Source: Blastocladiella emersonii ATCC 22665 (Eukaryota; Fungi; Blastocladiomycota). From it: a DNA stretch of 64,000 bases. The stretch covers positions 1 through 64,000 of the forward strand of contig JANHCV010000012.1 in assembly GCA_025594325.1 (NCBI GenBank). The letters run 5' to 3'. Both the position numbers and the translations under genes were made by a program. How positions within the stretch are numbered: position 1 is the stretch's first letter; the number at the start of each line of letters is the position of its first letter. The notes beneath the pieces are model-generated. The model was not told where the DNA came from. It searched no databases and worked only from the letters and a program-made list of their open reading frames with translations. Shown here piece by piece: positions 1 through 11,600 of this stretch.

Positions 1-60
1 GTCTGGCGCTTTGGTTCCTTGCCCACCTGGACGTGAGGGTATACGAAGATTTGATTGAGT

Positions 61-1130
61 ATAGTTATGTTTGAGTACCATGACAATTATCAGCGTGGCG
101 GGATTGATACATCCCGCTTGTCGGAAATTTTGTTGGTTCAATACTGTGATTTATCGGCCCTTGCCCACCTGGACATGGGGCACTCGAAGATTTGAGTATG
201 GTTTCGTTTGAGTGCCATGACAATTATCTGCGTGGCTGGTTTACGACATTTCTTTGGTCAGATATTGTGTTGCTGTGATACTGTGATTTATGGGTCCCTG
301 GCTAGCTGGACAAGCGGGAAGTGAAAGATTTGAATATGGTTTTGTTTGAGTATCAAGACCATTACCTGCGTGGTCGGTTATGTAGACTCCTATGGTCAGA
401 TATTTTGTTGGTTTGATACTGTGATTTATGGGTCTCCAACCTGCTGGACATCTGGGAAGTCATAGATTTGAGTATGGTTTTGTTTGAGTACCATGACAAT
501 TATCTCCGCAGCTTGTTTACTATGTTTCCATGGTCAGTTTTATTGTTGCTTTGAATTTACGATTTATGGGTCCTGAACAAGCTGGACATGTGAATAGTCA
601 AAGACTTGACTATGGTTTTGTTTGAGTGCCATGACAATTACCTACGTGGCTTGTATACTCTATTTCCATGGTCAGATATTTGTTGGTTCGATATTACGAT
701 TTATGGGTCCTCAACCAGCTTGACATGCGGGAAAGCAAAGATTAGAATATGGTTTTGATTAAGTACCATGACAATCATCTGCGTGGCTGGTTTACTATAT
801 TTCCATGGTCAGATATTTTGTTGGTTCGATACTGTGATGTATGGGTCCCTGGCCAGCTGGACACACGGTAAAGCAAAGACTTGAAGATGGTTTTGTTTGA
901 GTACCATAACAATCATGTACGAGGTTGGTTTACTATCTTTCTGTTGTCAAATATTTAGTTGCCGTGATACTGTGATTTATGGGTCCCTGGCTAGCAGGAC
1001 AAGCGGGTAGTCAAAGATTTGAATATGGTTTTGTTCGACTACCATGACAATTGTCTCCGTGGCTGGTTTGGTACGTCCCTATCATTGGTAAATTCATTGC
1101 GTGCATATTGTGATTCGTGGAGGGTCAATG
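61..1130. repeat. Block of about 8 diverged AT-rich 137-138-bp monomers (shown for unit 1; present in every unit)
   Basis: The anchor ATGGTTTTGTTTGAGTACCATGACAAT or a variant recurs at 61, 198, 336, 474, 612, 749, 887 and 1025. TGGTCAGATATT, GATTTATGGGTC, CTGGAC and AAAGATTTGA blocks are shared. A partial monomer also lies at about 15-60. Confidence 0.95.
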
Positions 1131-1623
1131 TTGCTGCTACCTTGCCCGCATGCGCGCTGCGTCCGCCGACCCACCTAGGCCAGACAGGAAGGAAAGGGGA
1201 CCCCAAGAGCCCCACGACACCACTGTAGCTCCACTACCACCACAGCACCCACCAACACCACCTACAAACAAACACGACCCGCCAAGGCGCACGCAGCGAC
1301 ACCCGCAGCCATGCATGCCATGGCGTTGGTGGATGGTGGCCAACCAATCCTCATCACACACGACACGTATGAAGGTCTGCCTGCATCCACCCATCCATTC
1401 ATTCAACACACGCTCCCTCACGCACCCTTTCACTTGTGTTGCTTGACAGCCAGCTAGCCAGGTCCGGCTGCTGCTACCTATCCATTCTGCCTGCCTCCCA
1501 CGCCCGCCGCGTCCTGAGCCAGGCAGGGCTGTGCTGCGATACACGGCCGCGGCCAGTCCACGGTAATGGTACCCATGCAGTACGTTCCATGGCCGCCCGG
1601 CCACCCTAGCTTGGTGCTTGTGT

Positions 1624-1700
1624 GTCACCTTGGTCACCTTGGTCACCTTGGTCACCTTGGTCACCTTGGTCACTTGGTCACTTGGTCTCTTGGTCTCTTG
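1624..1700. repeat. 9-bp microsatellite (CCTTGGTCA)5 decaying into 8-bp CTTGGTCA/CTTGGTCT (in every unit)
   Basis: Read directly. It is the source of the spurious TKV, GHL and SPW peptide repeats in the ORF track. Confidence 0.95.
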
Positions 1701-2480
1701 GCGCTTGTGATGGAGGTCTATCTAACCCAGGCACGCACGGACACAGGCCCGCACGCCCACACGCACTCCCGCCAGGAGCATGTGGTGTGTGGGTCATCAT
1801 CCACCATTCAGTTTGTAGTCCCTAGCACCCCTTGGCCCCAGCACTGTCTCCTTCCTGCAGGAGGAGCCCTGCCGCCTCAGCCCTCCGCAGCCAGCCCTCT
1901 GCAGCCCAGTGAAGCAGTACGGCTGCTACGCTGTTTGCAAGGTACGGTGGCCAGGGCGACGCAGGTGCTGTGGTGTTGCTTGCCACTTGGCTGGCGACAG
2001 GGGCTGGCGCACCCATTGCAAGGCGTTCTGACGGACCCCGCGGCCATGAAAGCATGGGGGCAGCACTGGACACGAGTCTATCAATCAACGGCACTGGGAG
2101 GGCAGGCAGGCGCACCCGTTGGAGCGAGCCGACCTGGATGATAAATCATTGTTGAGTTGAGGACGCCTTGCATGCCTGCCGTTCATGCGAGCGTGTGTGA
2201 CACCAGGGTGGCCGTTTGCGCCGTGTGCGCACGGCGTGGAGCGCCAGGCGCTGTGCGCTGTGCGCGCTGCACGGTGCGTGGTGTACATCCGTCAGCGGGT
2301 GAGTGGTTTCACGCGGATAGACAGAGGAGCTGCTCGGAACCCTCGTTGGCCCATCATCATGCAGGGCTTGGAGTGGACAGCAGAGCTGGCAGCCTGGAGG
2401 AGACCAGTCGTATATTGACAAACCGAACCCCTCTCAGACTACATACGAGATAGATAATATCTACTGGGTGGGCGCTGTCA

Positions 2481-2529
2481 GTCAGGCTGTCAGTGTGGCA
2501 GGCTGCCAGGCTGCCAGGCTGCCAGGGCT
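2481..2529. repeat. 8-bp degenerate microsatellite (GCCAGGCT-like) (in every unit)
   Basis: gtcaggct gtcagtgt ggcaggct gccaggct gccaggct gccagggct. Confidence 0.85.
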
Positions 2530-2627
2530 CATCATTCATTCCTTTGTTGGCTGGGACGGCAACCAGAGAGCGCGGGCCCACAAAGACTTGCGAGGCGGTG
2601 TGGGTGTTCGGATAGCAGGTAGGCAAG

Positions 2628-2664
2628 TTGGCAGGTTGGCAGGTTGGCAGGCTGGCAGGTTGGC
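2628..2664. repeat. 8-bp microsatellite (TTGGCAGG)n (in every unit; expanded by 3 copies in unit 4 at about 10926-10986)
   Basis: Most units read ttggcagg x3, ctggcagg, ttggcc. Unit 4 has six consecutive ttggcagg, which explains the +24 bp offset of all later units. Confidence 0.93.
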
Positions 2665-5600
2665 CGTTTACTTAGTTGATTGGACCGTGTACTTTGACGA
2701 CGGGCTCCATACTTAGGGGATCGAAGAGTTGGCTAGTGGAGTGTGCACAAAGCGGTAGATTTGAATGTCTGGCGCTTTGGTTCCTTGCCCACCTGGACGT
2801 GAGGGTATACGAAGATTTGATTGAGTATAGTTATGTTTGAGTACCATGACAATTATCAGCGTGGCGGGATTGATACATCCCGCTTGTCGGAAATTTTGTT
2901 GGTTCAATACTGTGATTTATCGGCCCTTGCCCACCTGGACATGGGGCACTCGAAGATTTGAGTATGGTTTCGTTTGAGTGCCATGACAATTATCTGCGTG
3001 GCTGGTTTACGACATTTCTTTGGTCAGATATTGTGTTGCTGTGATACTGTGATTTATGGGTCCCTGGCTAGCTGGACAAGCGGGAAGTGAAAGATTTGAA
3101 TATGGTTTTGTTTGAGTATCAAGACCATTACCTGCGTGGTCGGTTATGTAGACTCCTATGGTCAGATATTTTGTTGGTTTGATACTGTGATTTATGGGTC
3201 TCCAACCTGCTGGACATCTGGGAAGTCATAGATTTGAGTATGGTTTTGTTTGAGTACCATGACAATTATCTCCGCAGCTTGTTTACTATGTTTCCATGGT
3301 CAGTTTTATTGTTGCTTTGAATTTACGATTTATGGGTCCTGAACAAGCTGGACATGTGAATAGTCAAAGACTTGACTATGGTTTTGTTTGAGTGCCATGA
3401 CAATTACCTACGTGGCTTGTATACTCTATTTCCATGGTCAGATATTTGTTGGTTCGATATTACGATTTATGGGTCCTCAACCAGCTTGACATGCGGGAAA
3501 GCAAAGATTAGAATATGGTTTTGATTAAGTACCATGACAATCATCTGCGTGGCTGGTTTACTATATTTCCATGGTCAGATATTTTGTTGGTTCGATACTG
3601 TGATGTATGGGTCCCTGGCCAGCTGGACACACGGTAAAGCAAAGACTTGAAGATGGTTTTGTTTGAGTACCATAACAGTCATGTACGAGGTTGGTTTACT
3701 ATCTTTCTGTTGTCAAATATTTAGTTGCCGTGATACTGTGATTTATGGGTCCCTGGCTAGCAGGACAAGCGGGTAGTCAAAGATTTGAATATGGTTTTGT
3801 TCGACTACCATGACAATTGTCTCCGTGGCTGGTTTGGTACGTCCCTATCATTGGTAAATTCATTGCGTGCATATTGTGATTCGTGGAGGGTCAATGTTGC
3901 TGCTACCTTGCCCGCATGCGCGCTGCGTCCGCCGACCCACCTAGGCCAGACAGGAAGGAAAGGGGACCCCAAGAGCCCCACGACACCACTGTAGCTCCAC
4001 TACCACCACAGCACCCACCAACACCACCTACAAACAAACACGACCCGCCAAGGCGCACGCAGCGACACCCGCAGCCATGCATGCCATGGCGTTGGTGGAT
4101 GGTGGCCAACCAATCCTCATCACACACGACACGTATGAAGGTCTGCCTGCATCCACCCATCCATTCATTCAACACACGCTCCCTCACGCACCCTTTCACT
4201 TGTGTTGCTTGACAGCCAGCTAGCCAGGTCCGGCTGCTGCTACCTATCCATTCTGCCTGCCTCCCACGCCCGCCGCGTCCTGAGCCAGGCAGGGCTGTGC
4301 TGCGATACACGGCCGCGGCCAGTCCACGGTAATGGTACCCATGCAGTACGTTCCATGGCCGCCCGGCCACCCTAGCTTGGTGCTTGTGTGTCCCCTTGGT
4401 CACCTTGGTCACCTTGGTCACCTTGGTCACCTTGGTCACTTGGTCACTTGGTCTCTTGGTCTCTTGGCGCTTGTGATGGAGGTCTATCTAACCCAGGCAC
4501 GCACGGACACAGGCCCGCACGCCCACACGCACTCCCGCCAGGAGCATGTGGTGTGTGGGTCATCATCCACCATTCAGTTTGTAGTCCCTAGCACCCCTTG
4601 GCCCCAGCACTGTCTCCTTCCTGCAGGAGGAGCCCTGCCGCCTCAGCCCTCCGCAGCCAGCCCTCTGCAGCCCAGTGAAGCAGTACGGCTGCTACGCTGT
4701 TTGCAAGGTACGGTGGCCAGGGCGACGCAGGTGCTGTGGTGTTGCTTGCCACTTGGCTGGCGACAGGGGCTGGCGCACCCATTGCAAGGCGTTCTGACGG
4801 ACCCCGCGGCCATGAAAGCATGGGGGCAGCACTGGACACGAGTCTATCAATCAACGGCACTGGGAGGGCAGGCAGGCGCACCCGTTGGAGCGAGCCGACC
4901 TGGATGATAAATCATTGTTGAGTTGAGGACGCCTTGCATGCCTGCCGTTCATGCGAGCGTGTGTGACACCAGGGTGGCCGTTTGCGCCGTGTGCGCACGG
5001 CGTGGAGCGCCAGGCGCTGTGCGCTGTGCGCGCTGCACGGTGCGTGGTGTACATCCGTCAGCGGGTGAGTGGTTTCACGCGGATAGACAGAGGAGCTGCT
5101 CGGAACCCTCGTTGGCCCATCATCATGCAGGGCTTGGAGTGGACAGCAGAGCTGGCAGCCTGGAGGAGACCAGTCGTATATTGACAAACCGAACCCCTCT
5201 CAGACTACATACGAGATAGATAATATCTACTGGGTGGGCGCTGTCAGTCAGGCTGTCAGTGTGGCAGGCTGCCAGGCTGCCAGGCTGCCAGGGCTCATCA
5301 TTCATTCCTTTGTTGGCTGGGACGGCAACCAGAGAGCGCGGGCCCACAAAGACTTGCGAGGCGGTGTGGGTGTTCGGATAGCAGGTAGGCAAGTTGGCAG
5401 GTTGGCAGGTTGGCAGGCTGGCAGGTTGGCCGTTTACTTAGTTGATTGGACCGTGTACTTTGACGACGGGCTCCATACTTAGGGGATCGAAGAGTTGGCT
5501 AGTGGAGTGTGCACAAAGCGGTAGATTTGAATATCTGGCGCTTTGGTTCCTTGCCCACCTGGACGTGAGGGTATACGAAGATTTGATTGAGTATAGTTAT

Positions 5601-8600
5601 GTTTGAGTACCATGACAATTATCAGCGTGGCGGGATTGATACATCCCGCTTGTCGGAAATTTTGTTGGTTCAATACTGTGATTTATCGGCCCTTGCCCAC
5701 CTGGACATGGGGCACTCGAAGATTTGAGTATGGTTTCGTTTGAGTGCCATGACAATTATCTGCGTGGCTGGTTTACGACATTTCTTTGGTCAGATATTGT
5801 GTTGCTGTGATACTGTGATTTATGGGTCCCTGGCTAGCTGGACAAGCGGGAAGTGAAAGATTTGAATATGGTTTTGTTTGAGTATCAAGACCATTACCTG
5901 CGTGGTCGGTTATGTAGACTCCTATGGTCAGATATTTTGTTGGTTTGATACTGTGATTTATGGGTCTCCAACCTGCTGGACATCTGGGAAGTCATAGATT
6001 TGAGTATGGTTTTGTTTGAGTACCATGACAATTATCTCCGCAGCTTGTTTACTATGTTTCCATGGTCAGTTTTATTGTTGCTTTGAATTTACGATTTATG
6101 GGTCCTGAACAAGCTGGACATGTGAATAGTCAAAGACTTGACTATGGTTTTGTTTGAGTGCCATGACAATTACCTACGTGGCTTGTATACTCTATTTCCA
6201 TGGTCAGATATTTGTTGGTTCGATATTACGATTTATGGGTCCTCAACCAGCTTGACATGCGGGAAAGCAAAGATTAGAATATGGTTTTGATTAAGTACCA
6301 TGACAATCATCTGCGTGGCTGGTTTACTATATTTCCATGGTCAGATATTTTGTTGGTTCGATACTGTGATGTATGGGTCCCTGGCCAGCTGGACACACGG
6401 TAAAGCAAAGACTTGAAGATGGTTTTGTTTGAGTACCATAACAATCATGTACGAGGTTGGTTTACTATCTTTCTGTTGTCAAATATTTAGTTGCCGTGAT
6501 ACTGTGATTTATGGGTCCCTGGCTAGCAGGACAAGCGGGTAGTCAAAGATTTGAATATGGTTTTGTTCGACTACCATGACAATTGTCTCCGTGGCTGGTT
6601 TGGTACGTCCCTATCATTGGTAAATTCATTGCGTGCATATTGTGATTCGTGGAGGGTCAATGTTGCTGCTACCTTGCCCGCATGCGCGCTGCGTCCGCCG
6701 ACCCACCTAGGCCAGACAGGAAGGAAAGGGGACCCCAAGAGCCCCACGACACCACTGTAGCTCCACTACCACCACAGCACCCACCAACACCACCTACAAA
6801 CAAACACGACCCGCCAAGGCGCACGCAGCGACACCCGCAGCCATGCATGCCATGGCGTTGGTGGATGGTGGCCAACCAATCCTCATCACACACGACACGT
6901 ATGAAGGTCTGCCTGCATCCACCCATCCATTCATTCAACACACGCTCCCTCACGCACCCTTTCACTTGTGTTGCTTGACAGCCAGCTAGCCAGGTCCGGC
7001 TGCTGCTACCTATCCATTCTGCCTGCCTCCCACGCCCGCCGCGTCCTGAGCCAGGCAGGGCTGTGCTGCGATACACGGCCGCGGCCAGTCCACGGTAATG
7101 GTACCCATGCAGTACGTTCCATGGCCGCCCGGCCACCCTAGCTTGGTGCTTGTGTGTCCCCTTGGTCACCTTGGTCACCTTGGTCACCTTGGTCACCTTG
7201 GTCACTTGGTCACTTGGTCTCTTGGTCTCTTGGCGCTTGTGATGGAGGTCTATCTAACCCAGGCACGCACGGACACAGGCCCGCACGCCCACACGCACTC
7301 CCGCCAGGAGCATGTGGTGTGTGGGTCATCATCCACCATTCAGTTTGTAGTCCCTAGCACCCCTTGGCCCCAGCACTGTCTCCTTCCTGCAGGAGGAGCC
7401 CTGCCGCCTCAGCCCTCCGCAGCCAGCCCTCTGCAGCCCAGTGAAGCAGTACGGCTGCTACGCTGTTTGCAAGGTACGGTGGCCAGGGCGACGCAGGTGC
7501 TGTGGTGTTGCTTGCCACTTGGCTGGCGACAGGGGCTGGCGCACCCATTGCAAGGCGTTCTGACGGACCCCGCGGCCATGAAAGCATGGGGGCAGCACTG
7601 GACACGAGTCTATCAATCAACGGCACTGGGAGGGCAGGCAGGCGCACCCGTTGGAGCGAGCCGACCTGGATGATAAATCATTGTTGAGTTGAGGACGCCT
7701 TGCATGCCTGCCGTTCATGCGAGCGTGTGTGACACCAGGGTGGCCGTTTGCGCCGTGTGCGCACGGCGTGGAGCGCCAGGCGCTGTGCGCTGTGCGCGCT
7801 GCACGGTGCGTGGTGTACATCCGTCAGCGGGTGAGTGGTTTCACGCGGATAGACAGAGGAGCTGCTCGGAACCCTCGTTGGCCCATCATCATGCAGGGCT
7901 TGGAGTGGACAGCAGAGCTGGCAGCCTGGAGGAGACCAGTCGTATATTGACAAACCGAACCCCTCTCAGACTACATACGAGATAGATAATATCTACTGGG
8001 TGGGCGCTGTCAGTCAGGCTGTCAGTGTGGCAGGCTGCCAGGCTGCCAGGCTGCCAGGGCTCATCATTCATTCCTTTGTTGGCTGGGACGGCAACCAGAG
8101 AGCGCGGGCCCACAAAGACTTGCGAGGCGGTGTGGGTGTTCGGATAGCAGGTAGGCAAGTTGGCAGGTTGGCAGGTTGGCAGGCTGGCAGGTTGGCCGTT
8201 TACTTAGTTGATTGGACCGTGTACTTTGACGACGGGCTCCATACTTAGGGGATCGAAGAGTTGGCTAGTGGAGTGTGCACAAAGCGGTAGATTTGAATAT
8301 CTGGCGCTTTGGTTCCTTGCCCACCTGGACGTGAGGGTATACGAAGATTTGATTGAGTATAGTTATGTTTGAGTACCATGACAATTATCAGCGTGGCGGG
8401 ATTGATACATCCCGCTTGTCGGAAATTTTGTTGGTTCAATACTGTGATTTATCGGCCCTTGCCCACCTGGACATGGGGCACTCGAAGATTTGAGTATGGT
8501 TTCGTTTGAGTGCCATGACAATTATCTGCGTGGCTGGTTTACGACATTTCTTTGGTCAGATATTGTGTTGCTGTGATACTGTGATTTATGGGTCCCTGGC

Positions 8601-11600
8601 TAGCTGGACAAGCGGGAAGTGAAAGATTTGAATATGGTTTTGTTTGAGTATCAAGACCATTACCTGCGTGGTCGGTTATGTAGACTCCTATGGTCAGATA
8701 TTTTGTTGGTTTGATACTGTGATTTATGGGTCTCCAACCTGCTGGACATCTGGGAAGTCATAGATTTGAGTATGGTTTTGTTTGAGTACCATGACAATTA
8801 TCTCCGCAGCTTGTTTACTATGTTTCCATGGTCAGTTTTATTGTTGCTTTGAATTTACGATTTATGGGTCCTGAACAAGCTGGACATGTGAATAGTCAAA
8901 GACTTGACTATGGTTTTGTTTGAGTGCCATGACAATTACCTACGTGGCTTGTATACTCTATTTCCATGGTCAGATATTTGTTGGTTCGATATTACGATTT
9001 ATGGGTCCTCAACCAGCTTGACATGCGGGAAAGCAAAGATTAGAATATGGTTTTGATTAAGTACCATGACAATCATCTGCGTGGCTGGTTTACTATATTT
9101 CCATGGTCAGATATTTTGTTGGTTCGATACTGTGATGTATGGGTCCCTGGCCAGCTGGACACACGGTAAAGCAAAGACTTGAAGATGGTTTTGTTTGAGT
9201 ACCATAACAATCATGTACGAGGTTGGTTTACTATCTTTCTGTTGTCAAATATTTAGTTGCCGTGATACTGTGATTTATGGGTCCCTGGCTAGCAGGACAA
9301 GCGGGTAGTCAAAGATTTGAATATGGTTTTGTTCGACTACCATGACAATTGTCTCCGTGGCTGGTTTGGTACGTCCCTATCATTGGTAAATTCATTGCGT
9401 GCATATTGTGATTCGTGGAGGGTCAATGTTGCTGCTACCTTGCCCGCATGCGCGCTGCGTCCGCCGACCCACCTAGGCCAGACAGGAAGGAAAGGGGACC
9501 CCAAGAGCCCCACGACACCACTGTAGCTCCACTACCACCACAGCACCCACCAACACCACCTACAAACAAACACGACCCGCCAAGGCGCACGCAGCGACAC
9601 CCGCAGCCATGCATGCCATGGCGTTGGTGGATGGTGGCCAACCAATCCTCATCACACACGACACGTATGAAGGTCTGCCTGCATCCACCCATCCATTCAT
9701 TCAACACACGCTCCCTCACGCACCCTTTCACTTGTGTTGCTTGACAGCCAGCTAGCCAGGTCCGGCTGCTGCTACCTATCCATTCTGCCTGCCTCCCACG
9801 CCCGCCGCGTCCTGAGCCAGGCAGGGCTGTGCTGCGATACACGGCCGCGGCCAGTCCACGGTAATGGTACCCATGCAGTACGTTCCATGGCCGCCCGGCC
9901 ACCCTAGCTTGGTGCTTGTGTGTCCCCTTGGTCACCTTGGTCACCTTGGTCACCTTGGTCACCTTGGTCACTTGGTCACTTGGTCTCTTGGTCTCTTGGC
10001 GCTTGTGATGGAGGTCTATCTAACCCAGGCACGCACGGACACAGGCCCGCACGCCCACACGCACTCCCGCCAGGAGCATGTGGTGTGTGGGTCATCATCC
10101 ACCATTCAGTTTGTAGTCCCTAGCACCCCTTGGCCCCAGCACTGTCTCCTTCCTGCAGGAGGAGCCCTGCCGCCTCAGCCCTCCGCAGCCAGCCCTCTGC
10201 AGCCCAGTGAAGCAGTACGGCTGCTACGCTGTTTGCAAGGTACGGTGGCCAGGGCGACGCAGGTGCTGTGGTGTTGCTTGCCACTTGGCTGGCGACAGGG
10301 GCTGGCGCACCCATTGCAAGGCGTTCTGACGGACCCCGCGGCCATGAAAGCATGGGGGCAGCACTGGACACGAGTCTATCAATCAACGGCACTGGGAGGG
10401 CAGGCAGGCGCACCCGTTGGAGCGAGCCGACCTGGATGATAAATCATTGTTGAGTTGAGGACGCCTTGCATGCCTGCCGTTCATGCGAGCGTGTGTGACA
10501 CCAGGGTGGCCGTTTGCGCCGTGTGCGCACGGCGTGGAGCGCCAGGCGCTGTGCGCTGTGCGCGCTGCACGGTGCGTGGTGTACATCCGTCAGCGGGTGA
10601 GTGGTTTCACGCGGATAGACAGAGGAGCTGCTCGGAACCCTCGTTGGCCCATCATCATGCAGGGCTTGGAGTGGACAGCAGAGCTGGCAGCCTGGAGGAG
10701 ACCAGTCGTATATTGACAAACCGAACCCCTCTCAGACTACATACGAGATAGATAATATCTACTGGGTGGGCGCTGTCAGTCAGGCTGTCAGTGTGGCAGG
10801 CTGCCAGGCTGCCAGGCTGCCAGGGCTCATCATTCATTCCTTTGTTGGCTGGGACGGCAACCAGAGAGCGCGGGCCCACAAAGACTTGCGAGGCGGTGTG
10901 GGTGTTCGGATAGCAGGTAGGCAAGTTGGCAGGTTGGCAGGTTGGCAGGTTGGCAGGTTGGCAGGTTGGCAGGCTGGCAGGTTGGCCGTTTACTTAGTTG
11001 ATTGGACCGTGTACTTTGACGACGGGCTCCATACTTAGGGGATCGAAGAGTTGGCTAGTGGAGTGTGCACAAAGCGGTAGATTTGAATATCTGGCGCTTT
11101 GGTTCCTTGCCCACCTGGACGTGAGGGTATACGAAGATTTGATTGAGTATAGTTATGTTTGAGTACCATGACAATTATCAGCGTGGCGGGATTGATACAT
11201 CCCGCTTGTCGGAAATTTTGTTGGTTCAATACTGTGATTTATCGGCCCTTGCCCACCTGGACATGGGGCACTCGAAGATTTGAGTATGGTTTCGTTTGAG
11301 TGCCATGACAATTATCTGCGTGGCTGGTTTACGACATTTCTTTGGTCAGATATTGTGTTGCTGTGATACTGTGATTTATGGGTCCCTGGCTAGCTGGACA
11401 AGCGGGAAGTGAAAGATTTGAATATGGTTTTGTTTGAGTATCAAGACCATTACCTGCGTGGTCGGTTATGTAGACTCCTATGGTCAGATATTTTGTTGGT
11501 TTGATACTGTGATTTATGGGTCTCCAACCTGCTGGACATCTGGGAAGTCATAGATTTGAGTATGGTTTTGTTTGAGTACCATGACAATTATCTCCGCAGC

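Noticed and set aside
198-1024. Minus-strand Cys-rich frame (CPACxG...DNCHGT) suggesting zinc-finger repeats, or recoded stops in the other minus frames
   Set aside because: Stops fall at the same positions in most monomers, the Cys residues are not conserved between monomers, and neighbouring genes use standard TAA/TAG/TGA stops.
61-1130. CRISPR- or TIGR-like repeat-spacer array
   Set aside because: The variable segments are mutated versions of one consensus (TGGTTTACTATATTTCCA), not unrelated spacers. There are no cas or Nop-domain genes nearby and the context is eukaryotic.
2713-2718. TTAGGG in each unit, and AACCCC x2-3 at 61132-61149, as telomeric seeds
   Set aside because: These are single or very short occurrences, expected by chance.
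1140-2766. rDNA, 5S or snRNA tandem unit (e.g. gcggccatgaaagc at about 2041)
   Set aside because: There is no match to remembered 5S spacing or internal promoter boxes, nor to U1/U2/U6 or rRNA hallmarks. An Infernal/Rfam scan would be the definitive test.
1-2766. Unit length is almost exactly 20 x 138 bp
   Set aside because: No 138-bp periodicity is visible in the GC block, so this is treated as coincidence.
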